Below, piece after piece: positions 1 to 10,876 of a DNA stretch of 64,000 nucleotides (its first letter is position 1; each line of letters starts with the position of its first letter). The position numbers and the translations under genes are program-made. The DNA is from an uncultured archaeon (lineage in GTDB: Archaea; Asgardarchaeota; Lokiarchaeia; Sigyniarchaeales; SOKP01): contig CAZWEM010000001.1 of NCBI GenBank assembly GCA_964632315.1, forward strand, positions 1 to 64,000, in the 5' to 3' direction. Below the pieces are notes generated by a model. It was not told where the DNA came from and ran no database searches. It saw only the letters and a list, made by a program, of their open reading frames with translations.

Positions 1-930
1 GTGGATGATTTGGAGTTTCAATTATGTAGGACTTCTTACCCCAATGTCTGGAAATTATTTAAGATCCCTATATACTCCAAATAATATCGAAGATTATATA
101 AATAGAGCTTTTCGTTCATTTCAGAGTTATATATTGCATTAATTATTAATTTGATTTTCTATCCTCCTTCTCAAATTTCTTTACAGTTATTATTGACTTT
201 CATCTTTTATGGAATACCTATTCTCTTTGTTATTTATTATTGGATTATTAAAAAAGACACCTTCCTAAAGACCCAAATTAACAATTTTTTGGTTTTAATA
301 ATATCCTTCTTTTTTTATAGCGGTTATTACATTTTTTATCAATTTTATATAAGGAATTGGTATGCCATTTTTCCATGCTTATTTGCGATAATATTTCTCT
401 CATTATTTCTTTCCTATATATTCGATAAACTCAAAGCATTTTTTAAATCAAGAAAAACACATTTTAGGTTGACCAAGAACTTTACTAATTATTTAGGGAT
501 AATTATAATAATAACATTCGTTATAGATTTTTCCTATAACTATTATGAAATAAACACTCATCTAAATGCAGACAGATCAATTATTAGATTGAATATGATT
601 GAATATATAGAAAACAATATACCTTTAAATGAAAAAGTGGGGTCCTTTAATACAGGAGAATTACAATATAATGATTTGAAAAGAGATATTATCAATTTAG
701 ATGGAGTAATGAATTCACAATCTTATTTTGCTTATATGGAAGGAAGATTAGAACAATATCTTATCGATTCAAATATTGAATACATTTTAGATACTATAGA
801 ATTTGTATCATTCTTAAACCAATCAACACTCATTGAATTAAAAATAGTGCACTATTTTGGGAATACAACTAACCCCTACTTTCCAAATATAATTAATAAT
901 TATTACTTATTCCAAATAGAATGTTTATGA
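1..930 (+). CDS. Multi-pass membrane protein (GT-C glycosyltransferase-like), 5'-truncated by the window, with an apparent frameshift at ~104-142
   Basis: ORF 151-930 has TM helices and a C-terminal 'GSFNTG..Y....IINLDGVMN' region. Frame 2 from base 2 (WMIWSFNYVGLLTPMSGNY...) is open to 142 and looks like its upstream part. Confidence 0.55.
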
Positions 931-970
931 GTGTTCTTAATCCTGAACATATCTAAAATAATGATATAGA

Positions 971-1063
971 AGCCCCCGGTGGGACTTGAACCCACGACCG
1001 GCTGATTACAAGTCAGCTGCTTTTGGCAATAATAATATTCTTCTACCACTGAGCCACGGAGGC
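971..1063 (-). tRNA. tRNA-Thr(UGU) with a 21-nt intron in the D-arm (position 22/23; intron 1022-1042)
   Basis: Reverse complement GCCTCCG-TG-GCTC-AGTGGTAG[AAGAATATTATTATTGCCAAA]AGC-A-GCTGA-CT-TGT-AA-TCAGC-CGGTC-GTGGG-TTCAAGT-CCCAC-CGGGGGC-T. The cloverleaf is complete after intron removal. No encoded CCA. Confidence 0.93.
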
Positions 1064-1327
1064 GTCCTAGTTTCTATGCTATATTAAAGTTTAGATTTTT
1101 TTTTAATTTTATCTTTTAAGGTGAATAAAATCCTATCAAATAAGATCTTTCTATTTTTTACAGAAAAGTACAAGAATCAATTGATCTAAAATCAAAAATT
1201 TTGATGGTTTAAAATGGTATTTTATGGATTTGAGTGCCGAATAATCTAATGGAAATAATTAAAAATTAGTTTAACTTTTTGTTAATCAGTTAACTAGTAT
1301 TTAAATTCTTAAGGTGCTCAGTTAAAA

Positions 1328-1681
1328 TTGTTTAGCAAAGAAGACGTAGAAATATTAGCGTATCAGCGTTATAAATCAAATGAATCCTATGAAAAAAGTG
1401 TATGGTATTTAGCCGAGCTCTGTGTAAAGATTAACAAGAATGTTCGAAATGGGTATGATATTAAACCATTAGAAACTGATAACATTGTTCTTTTAATAAG
1501 AGATGATGTAGATGGTCAATTAATCGAACCAAATGTGGAAGAAATTCGACAAGTTGCAGAAGTCATTTATAAAGAAGCACCTCCTAAAAGTCAACTAGAT
1601 TGGTTTATAGCCGAGAAATTACTCCTATTTCAAGAAATTAAAAAGGCTATTGAAAATCATAAGAGAAGTGAAAATTGTTAA
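1328..1681 (+). CDS. Small protein with two DUF2934-like repeats
   Basis: Repeated 'I..LAY......W..AE' units (VEILAYQRY..VWYLAE; IRQVAEVIY..DWFIAE). Confidence 0.55.
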   Translation: MFSKEDVEILAYQRYKSNESYEKSVWYLAELCVKINKNVRNGYDIKPLETDNIVLLIRDDVDGQLIEPNVEEIRQVAEVIYKEAPPKSQLDWFIAEKLLLFQEIKKAIENHKRSENC

Positions 1682-1826
1682 ACCTAATTTATCCATTACT
1701 ATAATTTCTCTTATTAATCAAAAAATATTTATCAATTAAGTATAAATCAATTGTGTTTAGTTGAGTTAATAACAACTCACACATTTCTTAAATCAATATC
1801 TATTAAAAAAGAGTTACTGATCAAAT

Positions 1827-3293
1827 TTGAATGAAATTGAAGAAATTGTCGAATTTGGGCTAAACTATGCACAATCTAATGGGAAACAGTGTGAATATGT
1901 GGAAATTCGATCAGAGGTAAACGATATAGATACAGTTGCGCTTATTAATGGTAAGTTGCATATAGGGAACTTACCACTTGAGCTTACTGCTGATGCTTTT
2001 GCTAGAAAAAGTGGATTTAACGTACGAATTATTGCTAATGGAGGGATGGGGATGGCATCTAATAATCAAGTTACTAAAAACTCAATAATGAATAGTATCG
2101 ACCAAGCTTATCGAATTGCTAAAAGATCTGGAGACCAAAGAAAGAATCCAATCAAGATGAGTGATGAACCCACATATGAAGTTTCTTGGCAAAGTAGTTA
2201 CAAAATTAATCCTATGGATGTGACGTTAGAAGAAAAAATTGATTTCCTTCAAGAATTCGTAGAAATTTTCAAACAAAATCGCCCTATTGAATATATTCAC
2301 ATTTTCGTACTTATGAGTGAACAGAGAGATACTTTTTTCATCAATAGTGAGGGTTCACGGATCAGGGGACAGATTCCCCGAGTCGCATTTACTCCTGTTA
2401 TAATCGGGATTAAATCTGGTGGAAAAAATGAGCAATCAATGCAGACTTATGCAACAAGTTCTGGTTGGGATCAACTTGTTAGTTGGAATCTTAGAGAAAA
2501 GGTGGAAAAAACGGTTAATAACCTAGCCGAAATAATAGTAAATGCTAAAGCTCCTCCAGAAGGAAAAATTGATCTTATATTAGGTCCAAACGTTGCAGGA
2601 ATTATTGCCCATGAAAATTGTGGTCATCCTCATGAAGCAGATCGCATATTAGGAAGGGAAGGTGCTCAAGCTGGAGAATCGTATCTGAGAGAATATGAAA
2701 TAGGCTATAAAATTGGAAATGAGTGTGTAAATGTATTTGATGATCCTACTATCCCTGGGTCTTATGGATATTATTTGTATGATGATGAAGGTGTAAAAGC
2801 TCGAAAACGAGAATTAATAAAGGATGGAATTTTCAACGAGATGTTGCTTAATCGAGAAAGTGCAGCTCAATTCAATACACATAGTAATGCTGCTGCACGA
2901 GCAGTGGCATACGATCGAGAACCTTTAATTAGAATGGCTAATACTTATTTTGCCCCTGGTGACTTCTCGCTTGAAGAAATGATTGAGGATATTAAATTAG
3001 GTATTTTGATGAATTCATTTACAGAATGGAACATTGATGATAAAAGGCTTCAATCCAAATATGTGGGTCAAGAAGCTTATCTTATTAAAGATGGAAAACT
3101 GACAGATACTTTTATATTAAAGCCAACTCTTGAAATATCCTCTCCAGGGTTATTTGGAAGTATTGATGCTCAAGGAAAATCAAGTACTTTAGATTGGCAA
3201 GGAGCTTTTTGTGGTAAATCTGAGCCAGGGCAAGGATGTCGTGTATGGACTGGAGGTCCATTCATTCGATTGAGGAATATAAGGTTGGGGTGA
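1827..3293 (+). CDS. tldD: TldD/PmbA family metalloprotease, TldD subunit
   Basis: HENCGHPHEAD zinc motif, YDDEGV, RMANTY, C-terminal CGK..PGQ. Confidence 0.9.
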   Translation: MNEIEEIVEFGLNYAQSNGKQCEYVEIRSEVNDIDTVALINGKLHIGNLPLELTADAFARKSGFNVRIIANGGMGMASNNQVTKNSIMNSIDQAYRIAKRSGDQRKNPIKMSDEPTYEVSWQSSYKINPMDVTLEEKIDFLQEFVEIFKQNRPIEYIHIFVLMSEQRDTFFINSEGSRIRGQIPRVAFTPVIIGIKSGGKNEQSMQTYATSSGWDQLVSWNLREKVEKTVNNLAEIIVNAKAPPEGKIDLILGPNVAGIIAHENCGHPHEADRILGREGAQAGESYLREYEIGYKIGNECVNVFDDPTIPGSYGYYLYDDEGVKARKRELIKDGIFNEMLLNRESAAQFNTHSNAAARAVAYDREPLIRMANTYFAPGDFSLEEMIEDIKLGILMNSFTEWNIDDKRLQSKYVGQEAYLIKDGKLTDTFILKPTLEISSPGLFGSIDAQGKSSTLDWQGAFCGKSEPGQGCRVWTGGPFIRLRNIRLG

Positions 3294-3298
3294 TTGAA

Positions 3299-4675
3299 GT
3301 GAGTGAAATTAATACAAGGATAGATAACTTGGTTGATTATATTAAAAATCGAGTAAATGCTATATGTGATGATTGGTCGATTAAAACAATATTAAAAAAT
3401 CAAAACCAAATTAGATTTTCTGAGAGTCAAATTGATATCACTAAAAATTGGAAGGAGATTAAATTTGAGTTGTTCCTTTCTAGAAAAAGAAGGACCATAG
3501 ATATAAGTTTGAACGATTTACGACACCAAACTATTGATAAAACTGTTGAATATTGTGATAAGCTTCTAAAAATGGGAAAAATGAATCTTAATTATAAGCG
3601 AATGGCTGAAGGTCCATTTGAATATGATGCTTCAATTCAAGAAAAAATTTTTGATAAAAAAGTAATTAGTTTAGATGAAAATGCAGTTGACTTAGTTAAT
3701 GATGGGATTCAAGCTGCTATTGATGAGGGTGCTCATAGAGTTGCAGGTTCTTTTTTTTATGGAAATTCTTGGATAACCCAAATAAATAGCATTGGTTTAA
3801 AGGGAGAATTCACTCGAACTAATTTGAATTTTAGAATAAGAGCTTTTGCTAAAGATATGTATGCAACTGGTGAGAGCATATCATGCTCAACCCATTTAAA
3901 TCACGGATTTGACGTGATTGCTTCGGGAAAGGAAGCAGGACAGATTTGTCAGCAAGCAATAGGAGGCAAGAAAGGGGCTCCTGGAATGTATAACATCATA
4001 ATTTACCCAAAGGTTTCAACTGAACTCCAAGCACCTACTCCCGCACTCGCTATGAACGCATACACTCAAAAAATGGGTTTAGCTTGGTTAGTAGGAAGAA
4101 AAGAAGGGGATACAATTGCTAACGAGAAATTGTCCGTATGGGATGATGGAACAATGGATTATGGTTTGGCAACTGCTCCGTTTGATGATGAGTTAGTTCC
4201 CAAGCAAAAAACTTTACTTATTGATAAGGGTGTAATTCGCACATTTTTTAATAATTCCTCGTTGGCAAAAAAAACCACCTTATCGACTGGGAATGCTGGT
4301 ATCACAGTACCGAAACCTACAAATACAGTATTTTCAACCGGTGATAGTTCCTTGGAAGAACTGATGGAAATTTCAGAAAAACCCACCCTTTTAATATCTT
4401 CAACTTGGTACACCCGCTATCAATCATATGCTCCTCCTGCTACTCTATCTTCCCTCCCTAAAGATGGGATGTTCCTCGTTAAAAATCGAGGAAAGAATCT
4501 TGAACCTGTAAGAGAATTAAGAATTAACTCAGATCATTATCATATGCTGAAGAAGACGAAAGCGTTAGGAAAAAAGCTGAAACAAGTATCAACGTGGTTA
4601 AGCACGAGCGAGAATCCGGTATTTGCTCCCTATATGTTAATAGAAGATATTCGTATGTCGACAGGTACTGCCTAA
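3299..4675 (+). CDS. TldD/PmbA family protein, TldE/PmbA subunit
   Basis: PFDDE and STGNAG motifs, no HExxxH; directly downstream of tldD; GGGGTGA SD-like site before GTG at 3299. Confidence 0.85.
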   Translation: MSEINTRIDNLVDYIKNRVNAICDDWSIKTILKNQNQIRFSESQIDITKNWKEIKFELFLSRKRRTIDISLNDLRHQTIDKTVEYCDKLLKMGKMNLNYKRMAEGPFEYDASIQEKIFDKKVISLDENAVDLVNDGIQAAIDEGAHRVAGSFFYGNSWITQINSIGLKGEFTRTNLNFRIRAFAKDMYATGESISCSTHLNHGFDVIASGKEAGQICQQAIGGKKGAPGMYNIIIYPKVSTELQAPTPALAMNAYTQKMGLAWLVGRKEGDTIANEKLSVWDDGTMDYGLATAPFDDELVPKQKTLLIDKGVIRTFFNNSSLAKKTTLSTGNAGITVPKPTNTVFSTGDSSLEELMEISEKPTLLISSTWYTRYQSYAPPATLSSLPKDGMFLVKNRGKNLEPVRELRINSDHYHMLKKTKALGKKLKQVSTWLSTSENPVFAPYMLIEDIRMSTGTA

Positions 4676-4770
4676 AGAATTTTTCATGATAAATATTAAG
4701 CTCTGAATAGTTGGTATTAAAATTTAAAATGTAATAATTATAAGTAGAAAATCAAAAACGGGAAAAAAAT

Positions 4771-7701
4771 TTGGCTAATCAAAAGAAAAAAAAATCCGAC
4801 GAGAAACAAAAGTCACTCTTTTCATATGTTGATCAAGATAACTCTAAAGGGCCTGAAAAAGCAGAAAGTGTAGCAGATAACTCTGAGCTTGTTTCTAATA
4901 ATGAAGTTATTGAAGATCTCTCTGAAGGCATTGAAGATGGCATCTCTCAGAATGGACAAATTAAAAAAATATATTTGAATGAAAGAGAATTAAAATTCGG
5001 ATTTAATGAAAGAGATATCAAATTAGAATCAGTACAGAGGGAAGCTGTAAGTTCAAAATATATCCGATATCTAATCGAAGCAGGTGAAATTGTAAATAAT
5101 TTGAACTCTGGATTGCTTTTAGATGTGGATTATGATGGAGGCCAAAATAAAGCGTATTGTAAATTTTACGATTTAGAAACAGATGAAATCAAGATATGGA
5201 TTGATACAACTAATCACGAACCATATTGTCTTAGTAAAGAGCCCATCGATACCTTAAATAAGATAAAAAAATTAACAGACTTTTCTGGATTTACACGGTT
5301 TGAGGAGATAAAGACAATTGATTTATTGACTGATAGAGAAATTTCAATGACTAAAATTTATGGTAAAACTCCTTCTGATATTGGTGGTTCGGGTAATAAT
5401 ATAAAAAACATTCTGGCTGAGAATGAAATCAAAGCTTGGGAAGCAGATATTAGATATCATTTAAATTATATATTTGATAGGGGAATCATCCCTGGTTTGA
5501 TCTATAAGATTGAAAATGGAACCCTCCATAAAATCGGCTTTGAAGAGGCAGACGAAACAAGTAAAGCTTTAGCGGATCAAATTCAAAAATTATTTAAAGA
5601 TGAGCCCTCAGAAATACGAGAATTTTCAGATAAGTTTTCTGATATTTTTCTGACTCCAATACCGGATGTTAAACGAATGGCGATTGATATCGAAGTGGAA
5701 TTGGGGCTTAATGAGTTTAAAGTTCCAAATCCGCGTGAAGCGAAACAAAGAGTGATCTCGGTGTCATTTGTTGGATCAGATGGTTTACAATTGGTTTATA
5801 TTTTAGAAAGAGAAGGTTTTGAATTTACTAATCTACATGAAAAATTTCCCAAAGATGCGAAAATTTTCTTTTTTAAGAATGAAAAGGACTTAATAATTGA
5901 AACCTTCCGTAAAATCTGGAAGTATCCTGTAATCGTGACTTTTAATGGAGACAATTTTGATCTTACATATTTATTTCATCGAGCAAATAAACTGAAAGTT
6001 AGTAAGAAATTAAATCCTATTCGGGTAAAGAGGGGTTTTGGGATAATGTCATCAGCAGAATGTGATTTAGTGAAAGGAATTCATATTGATTTATTCACTT
6101 TTTTCTTCAATAGGAGTATCTCTGGCTATGCTTTTGGAGGTGCTTATTCAAGTAACTCGTTGAATGCAATTAGCTCGGCTTTATTAGGTAGGGAAAAATA
6201 TCAACATGAGGAAGAAATTCATGATATGCAATATGACATTTTATCATGGTATAATCTAAAGGACTCCATATTGACTCTCGATCTTACGAGTTTTAATAAT
6301 TCTCTGGTATGGAATTTAATTATTTTACTTTGCCGAATGACTAAAATGCCAATACATGAGACTGTTAGACGACAAATTTCAACGTGGATTCAAAATATAT
6401 TTTATTTTGAGCACCGAAGAAGAAATTTTTTAATACCTCGACGCTCAGAAATATCGGAGTTAAAAGAAGGAGGATATTCTAAATCGGTTATAGAAGGTAA
6501 ATCTTTCCAAGGAGCCTATGTAATTCCACCAGTGCCAGGGATTCATTTTGATGTAGTCGTGATGGATTTCGCTAGTCTATATCCCTCTATCATAAAAGAA
6601 TATAACCTTTCTTACGAAACAATATTATGCCCACACGAGGATTGTCGAGATAATTTTCTAAAAGGAATCCCTTATCATGTTTGTACTCATAAGATGGGAA
6701 TTTTTGCTTATGTTGTAGGATTTTTTAGAGATATTCGTGTAAAGTTCTTTAAACCACTTTCGGGGGATAAATCATTATCTCCAAAACAACGTGCATACTA
6801 TACAACAATCCAACAAGCACTAAAAGTATTCATTAACGGTTCATATGGTGTGTTTGGAAGTAAAAACTTCCCACTTTTCTGCCTTCCAGTGGCAGAGAGT
6901 ACGACTGGTATTGGACAATACTCAATTAAACAAACCATAAAAAAAGCAGAAAGTTTAGGTGTGAAAGTTCTATATGGTGATACTGATTCAGTATTTTTAT
7001 TAAATCCTTCTAAGAAAAAAATGGAAGAAATTGCCACTTGGAGCAAAAATGAATTAGATTTAGACTTAGAGGAAGAAAAGACTTATCAATTTTTAGCGCT
7101 TTCAGATCGAAAAAAAAATTACATAGGAATTTATGAAGATACCCAAGCAGTTGATATAAAAGGCCTTGTTGCCAAGAAAAAGAACACTCCCGAATTTATA
7201 AAGAAAGTATTTAATGATATGATTAAAATATTGAGAGATATACATGATCAAAAGCAATTTACTCAAGCTCGCAATGATATCGTCAAAATAGTACGTTCTA
7301 ATCTTAAAAAAATAGGTAAGCCTAATGCATTTACATTAGAAGATTATGCCATTAATATTTCGATCCAAAAAAATTTAGATAAATATAATAAAGTTATACC
7401 GCAACATGTTAGAGCAGCAAGAGATTGGATTAAATATAAAGTCAATGAAGCGCTCGCACAAGGTCAGGATGAAGACGTAATTAAAGCCATTAAAAATACA
7501 TATTCAAAAGGTGATTCAGTAGAATTTATTAAAAGTAAGGGTTCAACGGGTGCTAAAGTAGTTGAGATGGCAACTCTACAAGATATCGATACCAAAAAAT
7601 ATAAAGAATTACTCCAATCTGCTTTGGAACAAGTGTTAGATGCTTTAGGAATAACCTTTGAAGAAATTAAAGGGATCAAAAAACTTGATTCATTCTTTTA
7701 A
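4771..7701 (+). CDS. polB: Family B DNA polymerase (PolB1-like)
   Basis: Exonuclease DIE and FNGDNFD motifs; polymerase DFASLYPSII, KVFINGSYG, YGDTDS, KKNY. Confidence 0.96.
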   Translation: MANQKKKKSDEKQKSLFSYVDQDNSKGPEKAESVADNSELVSNNEVIEDLSEGIEDGISQNGQIKKIYLNERELKFGFNERDIKLESVQREAVSSKYIRYLIEAGEIVNNLNSGLLLDVDYDGGQNKAYCKFYDLETDEIKIWIDTTNHEPYCLSKEPIDTLNKIKKLTDFSGFTRFEEIKTIDLLTDREISMTKIYGKTPSDIGGSGNNIKNILAENEIKAWEADIRYHLNYIFDRGIIPGLIYKIENGTLHKIGFEEADETSKALADQIQKLFKDEPSEIREFSDKFSDIFLTPIPDVKRMAIDIEVELGLNEFKVPNPREAKQRVISVSFVGSDGLQLVYILEREGFEFTNLHEKFPKDAKIFFFKNEKDLIIETFRKIWKYPVIVTFNGDNFDLTYLFHRANKLKVSKKLNPIRVKRGFGIMSSAECDLVKGIHIDLFTFFFNRSISGYAFGGAYSSNSLNAISSALLGREKYQHEEEIHDMQYDILSWYNLKDSILTLDLTSFNNSLVWNLIILLCRMTKMPIHETVRRQISTWIQNIFYFEHRRRNFLIPRRSEISELKEGGYSKSVIEGKSFQGAYVIPPVPGIHFDVVVMDFASLYPSIIKEYNLSYETILCPHEDCRDNFLKGIPYHVCTHKMGIFAYVVGFFRDIRVKFFKPLSGDKSLSPKQRAYYTTIQQALKVFINGSYGVFGSKNFPLFCLPVAESTTGIGQYSIKQTIKKAESLGVKVLYGDTDSVFLLNPSKKKMEEIATWSKNELDLDLEEEKTYQFLALSDRKKNYIGIYEDTQAVDIKGLVAKKKNTPEFIKKVFNDMIKILRDIHDQKQFTQARNDIVKIVRSNLKKIGKPNAFTLEDYAINISIQKNLDKYNKVIPQHVRAARDWIKYKVNEALAQGQDEDVIKAIKNTYSKGDSVEFIKSKGSTGAKVVEMATLQDIDTKKYKELLQSALEQVLDALGITFEEIKGIKKLDSFF

Positions 7702-7815
7702 TTCAATTAAATTTCAACAGATTAAAAAATCTTAATTTTTTCAATTTCATGTTTGCTTAAATCTTTTTATTCTCAAATTAATTACATACTATAAATAAAC
7801 TAAGTATAAATTACG

Positions 7816-8832
7816 ATGTCTAAGCAAATTACTAAACCGTCAAATTTATTCGATGATAAAGGTATCCTAATCCAAGATGGATGGGCCACAAAACCTATTA
7901 TTAAATATAACCGAGATAAGGTAAAGGCTAAATGGTTTCGATTAAAAGAATGGGATAATTATGTCATAAATCATCCAAAATATAACTTTAGTGTTACTGT
8001 TGCAGATGTTGGATATTTAGGAATGATTTTCTTTGAAATTGTTGATTACCAAACACAAAAAGTGTATTCTGATGGACTCCAAAAATTTTTCACAAAAGGG
8101 AGCTGGAAGCTCCCAACTACTTCCAAAGAGGGGAATATCGAATTTCACAATGACAAATTCGATCTCATGATCTCCCGACTTATTGATAAAAGAACAATTA
8201 AGTTTGATTTTCCAACATTTTGCGAGAATGGATTGAAAGGAGAACTTGTTTTGTATCAAGATCCGGCAAGGGATTCAATAGTGAAAGTAAATAGATATGA
8301 AAACGAGAAATTCTTCTATTATTCTGATAAAGTTGTGTGGATGCCTGTCGATGGAAAAGTAAGATTTGGAGAAAAAATTTATGATTTTGACACCAATAAT
8401 TCTCATGCTCGTTTAGATTGGGGTCGAGGTGTTTGGCCTTATAAAGTTAATTGGTATTGGGGTGCTGCAGCGGGAAAAACCAATAATGGTCATGATATAT
8501 GGTTTAGTCATGGTTATTCTTATGAAGATCCCTCATTGCATGACAAGAATATGGTTGGTTATGACGGAAAAGGTCATAAACTGGGTCCTATAAAGTTTCA
8601 TGTCCCAGAAAATCCAATGGACCCATGGAAGTTTTCAAGTGATGACGGGAGATTTGAAATGACGATGATTCCAATCCTGCATAATCCCTCTAAGATGAAT
8701 TTCATAATTTTCAATTCAAAGTCAAATCTAGTTTACGGATTGTATACGGGGGATGTAATATTAGACGATGGTTCAAAAATTCACGTGGAAAATCTTCTGG
8801 GACATGCAGAAGCAATCAAATGGAAGTGGTAA
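7816..8832 (+). CDS. DUF2804 family protein
   Basis: 'R.KEWD.Y', 'LDWGRGVWPY...WYW' motifs. Confidence 0.8.
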   Translation: MSKQITKPSNLFDDKGILIQDGWATKPIIKYNRDKVKAKWFRLKEWDNYVINHPKYNFSVTVADVGYLGMIFFEIVDYQTQKVYSDGLQKFFTKGSWKLPTTSKEGNIEFHNDKFDLMISRLIDKRTIKFDFPTFCENGLKGELVLYQDPARDSIVKVNRYENEKFFYYSDKVVWMPVDGKVRFGEKIYDFDTNNSHARLDWGRGVWPYKVNWYWGAAAGKTNNGHDIWFSHGYSYEDPSLHDKNMVGYDGKGHKLGPIKFHVPENPMDPWKFSSDDGRFEMTMIPILHNPSKMNFIIFNSKSNLVYGLYTGDVILDDGSKIHVENLLGHAEAIKWKW

Positions 8833-8849
8833 TGCTCTAATTAAAGGCA

Positions 8850-9941
8850 TTAGAGGATAAAATATAAAGAACCCATGAGGAGTCCTGAAAGTATTGGATT
8901 TAAAATATTATCATTGATCCTTAAGTTTAACACATCAACGGTAAAGAAGACCAATGCTCCTCCTAGTGAGATTATAATATTTTTTATAATAGATACTTCT
9001 GGTTCAAAGATAAGAAATACTATAAATGCAGTAAAAAATGAGGCTATAAAACCTGCTATGTAGCCAATAACCGTTTTTTTACTATCTTTTGGAAAATGGC
9101 GCTTACCAAATTTAATCCCGAACAATGAAGCAGCTCCATCGCCAAGCGATGCGATTAACGCAGCTGCTGCGAACACAGTAATCGGGAAGAAAAAAATTGG
9201 TACAAAAGATAATACTAATGCCGCGGTGGCCGAAATATTAAACACTTCATCCCTTTTTAAAGTTTTTAGAAATATACCACTCAAATTTTTTGGCATCAGA
9301 TGATATGCATTTCGTTTTTCAAAAATAAATGATAACCGAATATAATCTAAAGCCCCAAATACCATAATAGCAGTGTAACCTATAGTAATAATCAACCAAA
9401 TACCGTATTCCTCCGCTGTAATGCCCCATATCACATCTTGATGAAAAAGCTTAGCCCAAAAAAGAACAGCAAATTCCCACAAGATTATGATAACTCCGGG
9501 TGGGATCAGATGAAATAACTTTCTATTGATATCAGTACTCAATGAATGAGATTTTTTAGCTGAATCTAACTTTTTTTTCTCATTTCTTTCATTAAATTTT
9601 TTAAGAAAATTCTCAATGGTACGTTCTTCTTTGACTTCAGGATGATGCCATATTCGAAAGATATATTGCATTGAAATTAAGAATGCCACCACTACATATG
9701 AGTAAATACAAATGATTTGAGCCCCTAATATTTGATAAAATCTCCGAAATTGATCATTTATAGGAAAAAAGAATGGATATAAAATTCCGGCTAAAAACCA
9801 CAAGAAAGAAATGACCATTGAATTTAGGAAGTTAGACTCTTCTGGAAATTTCTTTCTAATTCTAACTGCATAATAAATATGAATAAAGCCATTTGCAAAC
9901 GTTAATATCATAACGGAGAGAATGTAAACGTTCAAGACCAT
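8850..9941 (-). CDS. Dolichol/phytol kinase-like membrane protein (CTP transferase superfamily)
   Basis: RKLFH, GDGAASLFG..FGK, KKT..G, NDN motifs; multiple TM helices. Confidence 0.8.
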   Translation of the reverse strand: MVLNVYILSVMILTFANGFIHIYYAVRIRKKFPEESNFLNSMVISFLWFLAGILYPFFFPINDQFRRFYQILGAQIICIYSYVVVAFLISMQYIFRIWHHPEVKEERTIENFLKKFNERNEKKKLDSAKKSHSLSTDINRKLFHLIPPGVIIILWEFAVLFWAKLFHQDVIWGITAEEYGIWLIITIGYTAIMVFGALDYIRLSFIFEKRNAYHLMPKNLSGIFLKTLKRDEVFNISATAALVLSFVPIFFFPITVFAAAALIASLGDGAASLFGIKFGKRHFPKDSKKTVIGYIAGFIASFFTAFIVFLIFEPEVSIIKNIIISLGGALVFFTVDVLNLRINDNILNPILSGLLMGSLYFIL

Positions 9942-10038
9942 ATTACTTATTTTAAATTACAATCAAAAAAATAGCTTATGATAATTTATGAGGTTGTTTA
10001 CTAATATAAAATGCTATTAAAAATAACTTAATGTAATT

Positions 10039-10548
10039 TCATCCTCCTGCTAATGGGGGAAAGATAGCAACAGTATCATTAGCTTTCAGCACGTATTTTC
10101 TGTCCCACTGGGGAATTCCATTAACCAGGATTATCAATTTTCCCTCCTCTTTAGGAATGTTTGCTAATTTGATTACTTTATTTAATGAAGTTCCACTTGG
10201 TACCTTGATTCTTCGCTTTTCTTTTCCATATTTTCTAAGATTTGCGAATAATTTTAGAGTAATAAAATAAGAATTTGAGTCTGGAATTTCCACGAACATC
10301 GCAGCCATTTTCTTTGGAAACAATCCGACACGGTCACCTTCTTTGAGCTCCGCGCCCTCTCCACAATATGCTCCATTTACGAAAATATGGGCTATTTCAC
10401 TTTTTTTTAGATGTAAAGCCGAGATCAATTCTTCTACAGATTTGAATTTATTATGTTCGAGGTTTAAAGTTATGGGAATACCTCCCTCGAGGGATTTCCT
10501 ATCAACTTTTTCCCTCAAGTCGCCATATACTTTCACGGTTATCGACAT
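10039..10548 (-). CDS. Tandem MoaD/ThiS (SAMP-like) beta-grasp protein with C-terminal GG
   Basis: Two MoaD-like repeats (VKVYGDLRE..IFVNG..LKEGDRVGLFP; LKLFANLRK..ILVNG..LKANDTVAIFPPLAGG). Confidence 0.85.
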   Translation of the reverse strand: MSITVKVYGDLREKVDRKSLEGGIPITLNLEHNKFKSVEELISALHLKKSEIAHIFVNGAYCGEGAELKEGDRVGLFPKKMAAMFVEIPDSNSYFITLKLFANLRKYGKEKRRIKVPSGTSLNKVIKLANIPKEEGKLIILVNGIPQWDRKYVLKANDTVAIFPPLAGG

Positions 10549-10669
10549 ATTCTCCAATATTTGTATAACTAATAGCAATAAAAATGTTAAGATTATTTAC
10601 TAAAAGATTTAGGCATAGATATATTTAATTTAGAAAAATGTATTAAAAAAGCAAATTTAGTTTATAAAC

Positions 10670-10876
10670 CGAACAAAATGATGTTTTAATAGTTTTAAAA
10701 CGTATATGATGTTGATACTTGCTCCTAATGCATGTATACCAACAAGAAAGATCCCATCGGTTATTTTATAACCAACATTCTGGGGGGATTCAGAGTCCCA
10801 TAATACTAAAAAGTACATCTATTATGCCATATACAACTAAAATAAGAAATCCTCGGACTAGATCTAACTCCAACAT
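10670..10876 (-). pseudogene. Degenerate N-terminal remnant of a membrane protein gene
   Basis: MLELDLVRGFLILVVYGIIDVLFSIMGL, then TGA and a frameshift in a C6 run, continuing hydrophobic (GIFLVGIHALGASINIIYVL). Confidence 0.3.

Noticed and set aside
1949-1976. 9-bp hairpin TGGTAAGTT/AACTTACCA inside tldD as a possible in-frame intron
   Set aside because: No 3-nt bulge/4-bp helix geometry, and the ORF is uninterrupted.
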